A DNA stretch of 63,768 bases, filler included, from Phoronis australis (taxonomy: Eukaryota; Animalia; Phoronida): NCBI GenBank assembly GCA_002633005.1. It is 7 parts of 7 records of this genome, joined end to end, with 100 filler letters (N's around TTAATTAATTAA, not from the genome) between each part and the next. Parts side by side here need not be neighbours in the genome. Positions count along the whole stretch, not along the records: positions 23,217 to 39,195 come from NMRA01000013.1; 6 more parts are not named here. One strand, written 5' to 3'. The notes below the pieces were generated by a model. The model was given only the letters and a program-made list of their open reading frames with translations, did not search any database and was not told the origin of the DNA. Shown here piece by piece: positions 23,690 through 36,762 of the stretch (its first letter is position 1; every line of letters begins with the position of its first letter). A program made the position numbers and the translations under genes.

Positions 23690-25810
23690 ATTTTAGTCAT
23701 GGCTAAAGGTTCAGTCATAACTAAAATGTGACTAAAATGTGACTAAATAATTAGTCGTGACTGGAATGTGACTAGAGTATGTTGTAGTATTTGATGGTGA
23801 CTTAGATATGACTAATATGTGACTAAATAATTATTCAGTTCTAAAATGTGACTAGATCTAGAATGTGTGAGGGCGTGACTAAAATGTCTTTGTTTGTGTG
23901 GATGTGACTTAAATGTTACTAAAACACCTTTGCTTTGTTTGGATGTGCGTGAATTATGACCTAGTTTTGGAGTTGATCTGTGATTGGCTGATTTCAAATT
24001 TCACAAATAAGGCAGCTGGGATAAAAAAGGCTGTGTTCCAGGAGCTGAGATTTTTAATTTGTAACATGAAGAGCAACAGTGTGTTGCGGACTGTATCAGG
24101 TCAGGATGATTTTAGAAGAAACTTTTATAGTTTTAAAAGTTACAGCCACAAGTGAAAGAACGATCACATAATTTGTTTTAGGTCAAAATTTGATGAATGA
24201 GAACTTTAAAATCAGCACATACGTAAACAAAGATGTTGTATTAGTGGATGTTTCGGTTTATTATCAGTAAACCATTCTCAAGACAAAATGGTCTTCACAA
24301 TAAAGCGTCCTCAATTTAGTGTGAATGCAGAAAGCCTTTTAATTTAAATGATTTGGACTGCTGTAAAAGCATGGCAGTTTATTTCTATCTAGAGCTGTGA
24401 AGAATTATTATCACTAATACGTGTAGGGGTCCAGGTTTGGTACGAGAATACAGCATGTATCAGGGTTTTGGGGCTTGTTGAATATGTCTCTCAAAGATAC
24501 TAGGAATGTATGTGTGGCCATTCATTGTGTACACAACATTCATAGCTTGGAACTGTGGAATTGAAATGACTGATGATTGTGTAATGTAGTTGCATGGGTA
24601 TTACTAGTTGTTTGGAGGATGTGCAGTGTAGATTTCGCCCAAAACACGCCAATGCAATGTTATCCTTAAATTTAGGAGGTAGAAACCAAACCAGTTTTAG
24701 TGGTATGTGGAATAATACTCTTTCGGAAGCCGATATCCAACAATGTACGCTTCATGTTCACAAAAATCATACAACGATTTCGCTGTAAAATTATCTTTCA
24801 AGCTTCTTTAGTCACCCATAAAAAGATGAACCGAGAAGTGGGGAGTGCGTTGTCCATTTTTTAATTAATTTGTAACCGTACAAAACAGAAAGCAAAGAGT
24901 TCATGCATGCGGACCGCATGGGAACATCTTTGTGACTTTAGCACCAGTCATGACTTAATATCCCACACTTCTAGCCATGACTAATGCTGGAGTTATTCAT
25001 TGTACATGTGTGCATTTGAACAGATTTAGTCACGTTTCAGTCACATCATTTGCATACTTGGGACACTCTAAAGCTCTAGTCATGACTATAGGGCCTTTCA
25101 TACTAATGTTGACGCGTCGATGGTTTGTGGAGTTGCCGTCATTATGAACGCTTAACTCCGGTCCTGTGTTTCAGTTAACAGCTCTAGTTAACATCTCAGT
25201 TAACGGGTGGATTTAATAGCGCAGCGTCGATTCTGCAGTGCAGTATGAATGCTTAACTTCGGGCCAATCGAAGTTATCGCCAGGTTCCACTGTTATCGTC
25301 AACAGTTACAGGGTATTGTTGTCACTAATATCTACTTATATTTTGGTCTAATAATAACCAATCGATTTAAAAATAAGTTTAATGTCATTTAGCACTTGTA
25401 AAGGTTCTCAAATTGTCTCATTGAAAAAATCTTTTAGCGTGCAGCGCTACCTTGCGATAACTTCGATGACGACAGCGTCACCAACCGTTTACTTCGATGT
25501 TCATTAACTACCGAAGCCAGTATGAACGGTCCAGTTAACTGTGCTGTTTACGTCGACGCTCCACTCAGACCGGAGTTAAATCAATATGAAAGGGCCTTAA
25601 AGCTCTAGTCATGAAAAGAAAAAATGTACACAGTTTAGTCATTGACGTAAGTTACATCCCAGTCATGTAAATGAAGTGACTAAAACATGACTGAATTTAT
25701 TCATGTGCACTCATGCACAGTTCCTAGTCATATATTAGTCATGACTAGAGTGGTTCTGAAAATGTGACTTAATGGTTTGTGACTAATAAAATGACTAAAA
25801 TATAACTAAC
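23690..25810. repeat. Dispersed GTGACTA/TAGTCA(T/C) motif clusters (23690-23970 and 24930-25810), likely subterminal repeats of an old DNA transposon
   Basis: Many tgtgactaa and tagtcatgacta motifs in both orientations. Confidence 0.5.
25091..25596. mobile_element. PIF/Harbinger (Tourist-like) MITE, copy 1
   Basis: TIR GGGCCTTTCATA...TATGAAAGGGCC with ATA/TTA flanks; an inverted homologue lies at 32115-32529. Confidence 0.75.
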
Positions 25811-28138
25811 CTATGGTTAGGTTATATCATTACTAGACTGTAGGTACTAGCCTGCTGTTCACACCTGTAGCTGTTTCAAGCCTCCTATCACAGCATCAAC
25901 CCAAGACAATTATGAGAAAGGTAGTGTGATCACATACACCATTGTTATGCTTGGCAATATGTTTCTCACCTCTGCGGAACGCACGCAGCCCTGATTTTTT
26001 CCAAATGCCGTATATGTTAACATGACTAATGACCACCTAAACGTCATCAAAGTCTACATAACAGGATGCAACGTCTGTGCATGACTGAGTTACTTTGAAG
26101 CTTAGCATTTCTGTATCATTTTTTACTGGCGAGATCAGGTAGCGATACGATTTCTGTCTACTTTCAAGTTTTAGCTGTTGTTACAGTAACATGAGTGGGC
26201 TTGAAATCATAAAACATCTTGTGGCTACAACCAAGTACACTCATTTATCGTTGATCAAACACAATATTAGAAGATTAGTCAATTGAAAGAAGATGTACAG
26301 AATGTTGTCATCCTAATAACCACTCATCTATAAAGATTTCTTAGTTACTGATAGTGATTTCAGAAGATCGATGCAGATGGTGAAAGCCAGATGGTAAATT
26401 GACAGAAACCAGTCCATAGATTGATCCTTTGTTCTGAGAGATTTCTTTTGATTGACAACACCACGTCTCACTTGTCAATCACACACACTGCCCCTTGTGT
26501 AGAGGGCAACATATTTCCTTTCCTGTTGTGCCATAGATGTCTCTGGGGTATTGTACAAAAAGTGCATTACGAGCAACCTCACTTAACTTGGCACTCTCGG
26601 GACCGTGCTAATATTGATGTCTACTCCGAGTGACGGCTTATGTGTAAGCTTTTGTTTTGATGAGATGAATGCTAAGGGACTCGGACCTGCATATGTCCAG
26701 CTGTGTCAAGTTCTGGATCATCAAATTTACGTGTAAAAAGTTTACAAGAATTGTTGCGCATTTTGTTTAGTTAAGTTACTGTTACTAAACTGGTCATCAT
26801 CGTCGTGATTGATTATTTTAGAAGTGATATGGTAAAATTTCGTCACTTTAGGAGATTATAAGGTGGATGAGTTCAGTTTTTGTTTTTGTTTCTGGCACTA
26901 AATTAATTCTTTCCAAGCTCTATCATAAAAGGTAATATCCGAGTTTTGCTTTGCAAAAAACGTTGGCATTTACAACAATGTTAGAGCCCTTGAAATGAGA
27001 AAACGTTCAATCCACATCTATTTTTGGTCTAACGTTTGTAAGAGTTTACCGTAGTGCCAAGAAATAAACAAAATATTGCGAGGATCGCTTAACGATAACA
27101 TTTTGGCATCCGAACCTCATTCTAAACCCATCTCAGTTTTTACGGTTACCCATTGGAGACATTTAACCATGAAAAATTATAAAGTGTTACTTTTGTTGGA
27201 GGCTTAATTTTTACTTGCAGCACGTCGCAACAATTTTTGAATGCTGCGGAAGTTGTCTGTTGAGTATATGCCCTCAACATGTGTTTGAAGTGGTCATGAC
27301 TTATGCCAAGACTTTGCTTTGGATCTGTTGAATGAGGTCTACTCTGAGTGATGAATTGAACACAAACAAAAACTACCGTGCTAGGGATTGTTTTTGGAAT
27401 GTTCGACTTTTGCATGAGGAGCCATCAAAAGTAGGACTTAGACAATTTTTCTAAAAAAAATGAAGAAAATTGCGTGAAACAAAATTGAAATTATAATAAA
27501 CTAAAACAGCATGTTAGAGATTTTATCTTAAATATTGATGCCAAATGTTTTTGCTGCTATTGTTTTGCTGTGAACCTACATTTCTTTTGAGCGAAATGTT
27601 GCCAAAAGACATCGTCCCTGGACGTAATTAATGGGAGATCAGTATAATGTACAGACTTTCTACTTTCAGAAAATATATTCTTTTGCTTTGTGAAAATGCA
27701 TGTCTCTGTAGATACTTGGCTAAACACACAGAGACCTGTCGGTAATGTCCTGCCTAACCTTAACAGATCTTGTAACAGTAGTAGTTTCTTTTTTCACAAC
27801 CAGTAAGAAGATATTTACCCTTGACAGTTTCGGCTCCTATCAGCAGCAATCTTCCGAAAGTATTGGACACTAGGTGGCGTAGTGATCAGGATGTTCCAAA
27901 TTCTGGCCAACTTATACCCCCCATCGACCCTGTTCATGACCGATCCACTTTTCTTGACCCAGATTGACTGTCATGGTTAAGTGTTCTTACGGGTTGTGAG
28001 AAAAGAAAGTTCTACTCATCAACTCCACCAACCTTATGAAATTATTTAGAAATCTTGTAACAACTGAAAAATATGTGGTACTGTAAAGTGTCTCCAAGTT
28101 AGGACTCAGTATGATGGAAAAGTGAATTTTTCCTTTTT

Positions 28139-29619
28139 ATGCGCCCACATAATTATATGTGGACGCATTATGCCCGTCATCTCCGTCCGTCCGTCTGTCC
28201 GGGCGGCGTCTGTCCGGCGTCCGCTGCTTTATCTCCAAAACCCTTTGACATACGTTCATTAAATTTGGCACATATGTTCCATTCATGAATGGGACGGATT
28301 CCACCATCGGTGTGCCCCCTAGTGACAATTTTAGTTTTTTACGCTTACCTTTGTATCTTCAAAAGTGCTTAACGGATTTTCATGAAATTTGGTATGTAGG
28401 CACCTATTAGTGAGATGACGCTATCCTCCTGTTTTCAGATGGATTCGACATAGTTTGCGCCACCTAGTGGCCATTTTTACTGTTTTCGAGTCTGTATTTT
28501 TGCGTCCACCCCTCTATCAACCAAACCGCTCAAAGGATGATTGTGAAAATTGGCGTGTATGTGCTTACTATAAGGAAGACAGCTGACAATGATTTTCAGA
28601 TGATTTGGACTACTGTGGCGCCTCCTAGTGGCAGTTTTGTTTTTTTGCGCCTATGGGTATATCTCCTAAACCGTTTGCAGGATCTTTACGAAATTTAATA
28701 AGTGTATTCATATGATGTTAACAACAGAGGATGACGACTTTTGGACGGATCCGCCTACCAGTGTGCCCCCTAGTGGTAATTTTATTTTTTTACGTTTACC
28801 TCTGTATCTTCACAAGTCCTTAACGGATTTTCATGAATTTTGGTATGTAGGCACCTATTAGTGCGATGACGCTATCCTCCCGTTTTGGGATGGATTTGAC
28901 CTAGTTTGCGACACCCAGTGGCCATTTTTACTGTTTTTGAGTCTGTTTATTGGCGTCCACCCCTCTATCAACCAAACCGCTCAAAGGATGATTGTGAAAA
29001 TTGGCATGTATGTTCTTACTATGAAGAGGACGGTTGACGCTGAATTTCCCATGTCTTTGATTACTATGGCGCCTCCTAGTGGCATTTTTTTGCGCCCATG
29101 GCTGTATCTCCCAAACCGTTTGGAGGATCTTTACTAAATTTAGCAAGTGTATTTATGTGATGTTGACAACGGACGATGACGACATTAGGATGATTCTGAC
29201 TACCGGTATGTCTCTAGTGGCAATTTTAGTATTTTACATTGACCTCTGTATTTTCATAGGTGTTCAGGTGTATACTTTGTGTTACTTCGTGCCTATGAAG
29301 GAAAAGTTCCAAGAAGAAATTTGTTTCTGGCATTCTAATGCTGTGCTAATCTCGTATGTTGGTAAATTTGTTTTTAATTCTATGTTTCTGTGATGCTTTA
29401 AGCAACTGATGTATTGGATGTGCTTGTATTATGAAGATACTCACATTTTGCCCCTAGCCTATTGAGGAGACAATGACCATGCCTTTCCATTTTGCAAAGT
29501 ACAACATACTACATATATGCCCTCTACTGGCCACTTTATGGTACCAATAAACAACCCCAGAAGGATACCGTATACGGTGCAATTATGGGCGCATTTCAAC
29601 GCTCTGCGTTGCTCTTGTT
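28139..29619 (+). mobile_element. Helentron-associated interspersed element (HINE/DINE-1-like), copy 1
   Basis: 5' subTIR ATGCGCCCAC with a nearby inverted copy; (GTCY)n microsatellite; ~150-bp internal tandem subunits; 3' subTIR ATGGGCGCAT; CAACGCTCTGCGTTG stem-loop; T-rich ends. Confidence 0.88.
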
Positions 29620-31032
29620 TAAATTTTTAGCATAAAAGATAAGTAGGAGTAAATAAATATTTTATAATTTTTAATTTCTATATCTTTTATATATGTAATC
29701 AAAGTTGAAAGCATATAAACTAAAAAGAAACACGAAGTTGTACAAAGTTCATAGCATGCTAAAAGATTTTGATTCTGTGGCTTTATTTAAGTATGACTAA
29801 TATACTTGCATGTGGACACACAAATAATTGTTTAGAACATGTCGTTGGCGTGTAAACTGAATCTTTTGTTGCTGAAAAGATGTGACCCTGGAAATTTTTG
29901 TTTTCGTGCAATTTTCACTTCTCGGATCTTGGTGACATTTATCACATGTGTCGTGCATCGCTAGAACCACTCCTCAATGTGCTCCACTCCCGCTGGGACA
30001 GAGGGGCTGGGGTTAACAGGGTCTTGTGGGAAGAGTGTTTCCAGATATCTAGAGAGAACTGATGAATGGATTTCAATGAAACTTTACATAGAGGTAATTG
30101 CGGTGACAGTGTGCCTACGCCAGTTGATTTTTAAGGCAGATTGGACCTCTCCAGCACCCCCTAGTGGCTGTAACGGTCTCAAATGGGGATTTTTCAGTCG
30201 TACATTTTTGGGGAAGAGTTAATTTCTGGGTGAGATCTAGAAATCAAGTGACGGATTTCAATGAAGTGGAAAACAAAAATGATACTAGAGTGCAGCATGA
30301 AAATGGCATTTCAATATCAATCAGATATCCTCAGGTACGTATTATAATAGGCAGAAAACAAAATATCGTTACAGAATGTTCAGTTCACATCACAAGGCAT
30401 AGCACAAGATCTGTCAACAAAAAAACTACCGCAGCTTCAACTAAAATGTTCCAACATTCCTAGTGAGTGACCTCTCTGCGCCTCCGTTGTTTTCATGCTG
30501 CAACACTCTAGCGTCGTTTTTGTTAAAATTAATATTATTTCAATCATTATACTTGATACAAATGTGTCTGATGACGATCTGCCAGCGCCGAGATCTTGAC
30601 GATTGACTTTCTGAGTACTTTGTGGAGAAGCATGTTTACGGATGATATCTAGAGAACTGATTGATGGAGTTTAATGAATTTTGATGTGGTAGCAATTTGT
30701 CGGCACCTTTGGATTCAACCTCTGCAGTAGCCTCTTATGGCCATTTTGGTTTCAACAATCTGTCTGGTATGGATGAAACTTGTGTACTGCTTATGAATAC
30801 AAACACCAAATTGATGTGGATGTTGATGAAAAAATAATACAATTTACTGACTGTACTTATCTTCCTTTCATAACTTAGTGTGTTTTTAGATGTTAAAATT
30901 AACACATTATTTTGTGAAAAAGTGAGTAACTTTAAAATACCGCTTCACCGACTTGATTTTCGGAAAAAAATGGACCCAAGCCACTTATGGTTTTTGGCCT
31001 ATCATGTAATTCATTCAATGTTCGTGTTGCAG

Positions 31033-31098
31033 GCATCTGTTGAATTTGCCGAGGCTGTGGCGAAGAACTACACGTTTGATCCGACTCTGAATCGCAAG
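31033..31098 (+). CDS. Orphan 66-nt candidate coding exon (ASVEFAEAVAKNYTFDPTLNRK)
   Basis: ttgcAG acceptor and AAG|GTAAGA donor; length divisible by 3; only phase 0 is open. Weak resemblance to the VWA_N region of alpha2delta/CACHD1 proteins (unverified). Confidence 0.5.
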
Positions 31099-32114
31099 GT
31101 AAGATAGTTAGAAGCACTGTGAGAGCATGAAAATTGCAGAGAAGTTATTAAAAACACTAGGAATTCCTGCTGTGTTGTATTCTCATTTGAGAAATATGCC
31201 AAACGCTGTCGGGGTCCTTGGTGCCTCGATACTGGGTATGGTATTTGGCCCGTGATCATTAAATTGCAATTTAGGCAAGGAATTCACTTTAACTTTGGTT
31301 TCGACAGCCAATTACCTCCAATAATGGATGCTCAAGAATCTTGCAAGTGATGTTGGTGCATTTCATCGGAAAGATGCTAACTCATGGTCCATGGAAGTAA
31401 TTGGTTTATTCAATAAAGGCAATAATTATCTTTTTGATGGAATGTGTCATTTTGCTGAAAACTTTGACGCGGTCGAGAAATTGATGTCCGAACGTGGGTA
31501 TATTACCCTTATTTCAACAATAGACTGAGGTGTATTTGTGTTTTGACTCGTAAATAATAATTTTATGATGATAATAATAAATTGAATAGTAGGTATAACT
31601 GGCATGGGTACACGTATCTCCTACATTAATTGAGATTTCGGCGATCGATCCATGACTGTATAGTATTTGTCATGACAGAAATTTTTAATAATAACAAGAC
31701 TGCACTAAAATTTCAATAAAACTAAGTTAAGGTCAATATTTTTTGTGCTTGAGACTTTTGTGGAGTACTCTGTGAACTTGCATGTTCACGTGAACATTTG
31801 CTATTTCAGTCACGGGATGGAAAAGGTTTTTCATTGCTTTCTGATGATATGAAGACTATGGTCATATTCTTTTAAACTGACGCATAAATTTTGCCAATTA
31901 ATGCATTTAACCTTACGTGTTAACTTAATTATCTAGTACTGAAAAAGTAATTGTAAGTAATCTCTCAGTGTTGTTGGCTTGTCGTATCAAACCTTTGAGC
32001 TTTAATATCTGTCACACTTTAAGTAAGTCCAACATTAAGCATGTCATTGAAAAGAATTAACATTTAAATGATGCCTTTGAATATGCTCAAAATTCCATTA
32101 ATTTCAACCTTTTA

Positions 32115-32529
32115 GGCCTTTTCATACTGACTTTAACTCCGGTCTGAGCGAGCGTTGACATAAGCTGCGAAGTAACGCTGCACGCTAAGATTTTTTTAAT
32201 GTGGCAATTTGGGAACATTTACATGTGGTAATTGATGAAAAACTTATTTTTAATTCGATTGGTTATTATTAGAGCGAAATATAAGCAGCTATTAGTGACG
32301 GCACAACCCTGTAATTGTTGATGATAACAGTGGCACCTGGCGATAACTTCGATGGAACCAAAGTTGACCATTCATACTGCACCGCAGCGTCGACACTCTG
32401 CTCTTAAATCCACCTGTTTACTGCGATGTTAACTGGCGCTGTTAACTTCGATCCAGGACTGAAGTTAAGCGTTCATACTGACCGCAACTCCCCAAAACAT
32501 CGATGTGTCGACGTTAGTATGAAAGGCCC
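32115..32529. mobile_element. PIF/Harbinger (Tourist-like) MITE, copy 2 (inverted, internally shorter)
   Basis: GGCCTTTTCATACT...AGTATGAAAGGCCC with TTA on both flanks. Confidence 0.8.
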
Positions 32530-34202
32530 TTAAAAGTATTTGCCTGACGATTTGATTTTAAAATGTTGAACTGGGCTGTTTTAGTGACTTCATGATGGTC
32601 GTTAAGCGGAAAGTTTCTTCAAAATATATTATTGAAACAGTGGGCACCTGCGTATTAAATTGTATTTGTGCATAATGCTGTCATAGCTGTAGCTCTTAAA
32701 ATGGATCGCAAGAAGATCTTCATGAAATTTGAACATGATAATGCCTAACGTACATGCTGTCGTCTGCTGCTATGGCTTCATGATGTGTGCCCCCAATTTA
32801 GTATTTTGGGCTCTGTTCTTTGGCTATACCTCTGTTTAAGACAAACAATTTGAAGGATCGTCACGAAATTTCAGTGCATCTTGCCATAAGTAGCAAATGT
32901 TGGTGGTTTATATCCTCAAACAAAAAACACAAATTCTCTAACTCTTATCTACAAACAATAAGATGGCAGCACCAGTTTAAACACTTAAATGGCAAGACAT
33001 GACAATCTTATTGTCCAGAACGTCATCAATGGTTGAAGTTGAGTTCTATATGGATACAAACACTGCTACGCCTTGTAGCAGCAGTTTTAATTTTTGCACC
33101 TCAGTGTCTAGCAAGTTCTCTGGAGGATTGTTGTGAAATGTCATAGATGTTTCGAATGAGGAGTACATGACTGACAATGATCATCAGACGAATCTGGCTA
33201 CTGCTATGCCCCCTAGTGACAATTTTATTTTTTTGCGTCTGGCTCTGTCAGTATTTGCCAAGTTCCTTAAAGGGACTTCACAGAACTTTGTAGACATATG
33301 TTCAGACTGTTAGTGAAAGCATGCTCTGTGTTGACTTTTGGATGAGACTACTACTGTGCGACCATGTGGCAATCTTGCATTTTTTTGAGTTTGCCTAAAA
33401 TTTAATTGACAGGTGTGCTTCTCAAGTGAAGAAGAGCTGTCCAGTTTCCCATAGCTCTGACATGTTCTGCATGCCTTGTGGCAGTTTTAGCATCTTGGTT
33501 TGAAAAACATTATGGCATTTGATGAAGGTGCCTCTGTTGATGGAAACCTGGCTGATGTTGATTATTGGACAGCTTTTCTACTAGTACGCCCCCTAGTGGA
33601 TTTTTTTTGAAATTTCACAGATGACATGTAATCCAGGTGAGAGCAGCATTTGCCCAATGCACTGTTCTGAGTTGCGTTTGAAAAAAATAGCATTGCCACA
33701 TATGTGATGCAAGTGGTTAGTGTATACCAGTGCCTCCTGCAGTGTATACCAGCGCCTCTTGGAGAGTATACCAGCACCTCCTGCAGTGCTCTGGTGTGAA
33801 ATGAGGATAGAAAATGAAACCGTTAAGTCCTGGAGTTTCAGTGGTTTGGAAGAAATGATTTTACAATGACTCTGCCTACTTGGTCCCATCATCCAATCAA
33901 GCCATTGTTTTGAAAAATGAAGACCCAAAGTAGACAGGAAATTAACAGGATGTGTGATCACAAGTAATTATCTTCTTGCAGTGGAAAGTTGTTTTTCTGT
34001 CTATGGCTAATAATAGTGCAAGTATGAGCAACCAGGAAGGAAGGTTGTTTGTGAAGTATATGTCTCAGTGGCATTGTTTCTTTTTGTTGAAAATTGGTGT
34101 TGAACAAGAAGCTTGATGTTCATCACTGTCCTTAATCTACTGTCAGGGTGTAGGGTCTAATCTTGTGTGCTAAGTCGAAATCAAAATTATTTTGTCATTT
34201 TT

Positions 34203-35712
34203 GTGCGCCCACATATTTATATGTGGACGCATTATGCCGTCATCTCCGTCCGTCCGTCCGTCCGTACGGGCGGCGTCCGTCCGGCGTCCGCTGCTCTATC
34301 TCCAAAACCCTTTAACACATGTTCATGAAATTTGACACATATGTTCCATTTATAAATGGGACGGCATGTGCGAACTTTCGGACGGATCCGACTACCGGTG
34401 TGCCCCCTAGTGGCAATTTTAGTTTTTTTACGCTTACCTTTGTATCTTCACAAGTCCTTATTGGATTTTCATGAAATTTGGTATGTAGGCACCTATTAGT
34501 GAGATGACGCTATCCTCCCGTTTTCAGATGGATTCGACATAGTTTGCGCCACCTAGTGGCCATTTTTAGTGTTTTCGAGTCTGTTTTTGTGCGTCCACCC
34601 CTCTATCAACCAAACCGCTCAAAGGATGATTGTGAAAATTGGCATGTATATGCTTACTATGTAGAGGACGGTTGACGATGATTTTCCGACGATTTCGACT
34701 ACTGTGGCGCCTCCTAGTGGCAGTTTTGTTTTTTTTGCGCCTATGGCTGTATCTCCTAAACCGTTCGCAGGATCTTTACGAAATTTAATAAGTGTATACA
34801 TATTATGTTAAAAACAGACGATGACGACTTTTGGACGGATCCGCCTACCAGTGTTCTCCCTAGTGGCAATTTTATTTTTTTACGTTTACCTCTGTATCTT
34901 CACAAGTCCTTAACGGATTTTCATCAAATTTGGTATGTAGGCACCTATTAGTGCGATGACGCTATCCTCCCGTTTTCGGATGGATTCGACCTAGTTTGCG
35001 ACACCCAGTGGCCATTTTTACTGTTTTTGAGTCTGTTTTTTGGCGTCTACCCCTCTATCAACCAAACCGCTATAAGTATGATTGAGAAAATTGGCATGTA
35101 TGTTCTTACTATGAAGAGGACAGTTGACGCTGAATTTCCCATGACTTTGATTACTGATGCGCCTCCTAGTGGCAGTTTTTTTTGCGCCCATGGATGTATC
35201 TCCCAAACCGTTTGCAGGATCTTTACTAAATTTAGCAAGTATATTTATGTGATGTTGACAATGGACGATGACGACTTTAGGATGATTCTGACTACCGGTA
35301 TGCCTCTAGTGGCAATTTTAGTATTTTACATTGACCTCTGTATTTTCATAGGTCTTCAGGTGTATACTTTGTGTTACTTCGAGACTATGAAGGAAAAGTT
35401 CCAAGTAGAAATTTGTTTCTGGCATTCTAATGCTGTGCTAATCTCGTATGTTGGTAAATTTGTTTTTAATTCTATGTTTCTGCGGTGCTTTAAGCAACTG
35501 ATGCATAGGATGTGCTTGTATTATGAAGATCACTCACATTTTGCCCCTAGCCTGTTGAGGAGACAATGACCATGCGTTTCCATTTTGCAAAGTACAACAT
35601 ACTACACATATGCCCTCTACTGGCCACTTTATGGTACCAATAAACAACCCTAGAAGGATACCGTATGCGGTGCAATTGTGGGCGCATTTCAACGCTCTGC
35701 GTTGCTCTTGTT
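34203..35712 (+). mobile_element. HINE copy 2
   Basis: Colinear with 28139-29619. Boundaries are confirmed by the empty-site duplicate at 36314-36762. Confidence 0.92.
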
Positions 35713-35950
35713 CTTTTTGTTTTTGTGCGAACTGAAGACAGGCGTCTGTTATTCTGTATTCGTGTACATTATGGTTTACGTGGATGACTGTCTTATAATT
35801 TCCTCTGGAGGACGCAAGCATTTAAGCTATAATTTCGTGTTTGAACTTGAAATATCAAGGTTTTGCTTGCAATCGAGTTTTTACTCGAGATTGAACCTCA
35901 AATTTAGGGTCACCAAGTGCAAACTTAGACCAGACAGTCATCTGCATTAA

Positions 35951-36312
35951 GCATAATGTACTCAAACACACAGAATAATAGACAAAGCATAATACACTCA
36001 AACACACAGAATAATAGATAAAGCATAATACACTCAAACACACAGAATAATAGACAAAGCATAATACACTCAAACACACAGAATAATAGACAAAACATAA
36101 TACACTCAAACACACAGAATAATAGACAAAGCATAATGCACTCAAACACACAGAATAATAGACAAAGCATAATGCACTCAAACACACAGAATAATAGACA
36201 AAGCATAATGCACTCAAACACACAGAATAATAGACAAAGCATAATGCACTCAAACACACAGAATAATAGACAAAGCATAATGCACTCAAACACACAGAAT
36301 AATAGACAAAGC
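35951..36312. repeat. 36-bp minisatellite, ~10 copies
   Basis: Unit gcataat(g/a)cactcaaacacacagaataatagacaaa; ends at the N at 36313. Confidence 0.95.
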
Positions 36313-36313
36313 N

Positions 36314-36762
36314 ATGAACAAACAGGAAGGAAGGTTGTTTGTGAGGTATATGTCTCGGTGGCATTGTTTCTTTTTGTTGAAAATTGGTGTTGAACAAGAA
36401 GCTTGATGTTCATCACTGTCCTTAATCTGCTGTCAGAGTGTAGGGTCTAATCTTGTGTGCTAAGTCGAAATCAAAATTATTTTGTCATTTTTCTTTTTGT
36501 TTTCGTGCGAACTGAAGACAGGCGTCTGTTATTCTGTATTCGTGTACATTATGGTTTACGTGGATGACTGTCTTATAATTTCCTCTGGAGGACGCAAGCA
36601 TTTAAGCTATAATTTCGTGTTTGAACTTGAAATATCAAGGTTTTGCTTGCAATCGAGTTTTTACTCTAGATTGAACCTCAAGTTTAGGGTCACCAAGTGC
36701 AAACTTAGACCAGACGGTCATCTGCATTGAGCATTATGCACTCAAACACACAGAATAATAGA
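36314..36762. repeat. Duplicate of 34023-34202 joined directly to 35713-35985, lacking the HINE (probable alternative haplotype)
   Basis: Near-identical flanks are fused at gtcattttt|ctttttg; the block starts right after a single N. Confidence 0.85.

Noticed and set aside
35027-36416. Long ORFs of 180, 180 and 163 aa
   Set aside because: They are translations of HINE subunits and of the 36-bp minisatellite.
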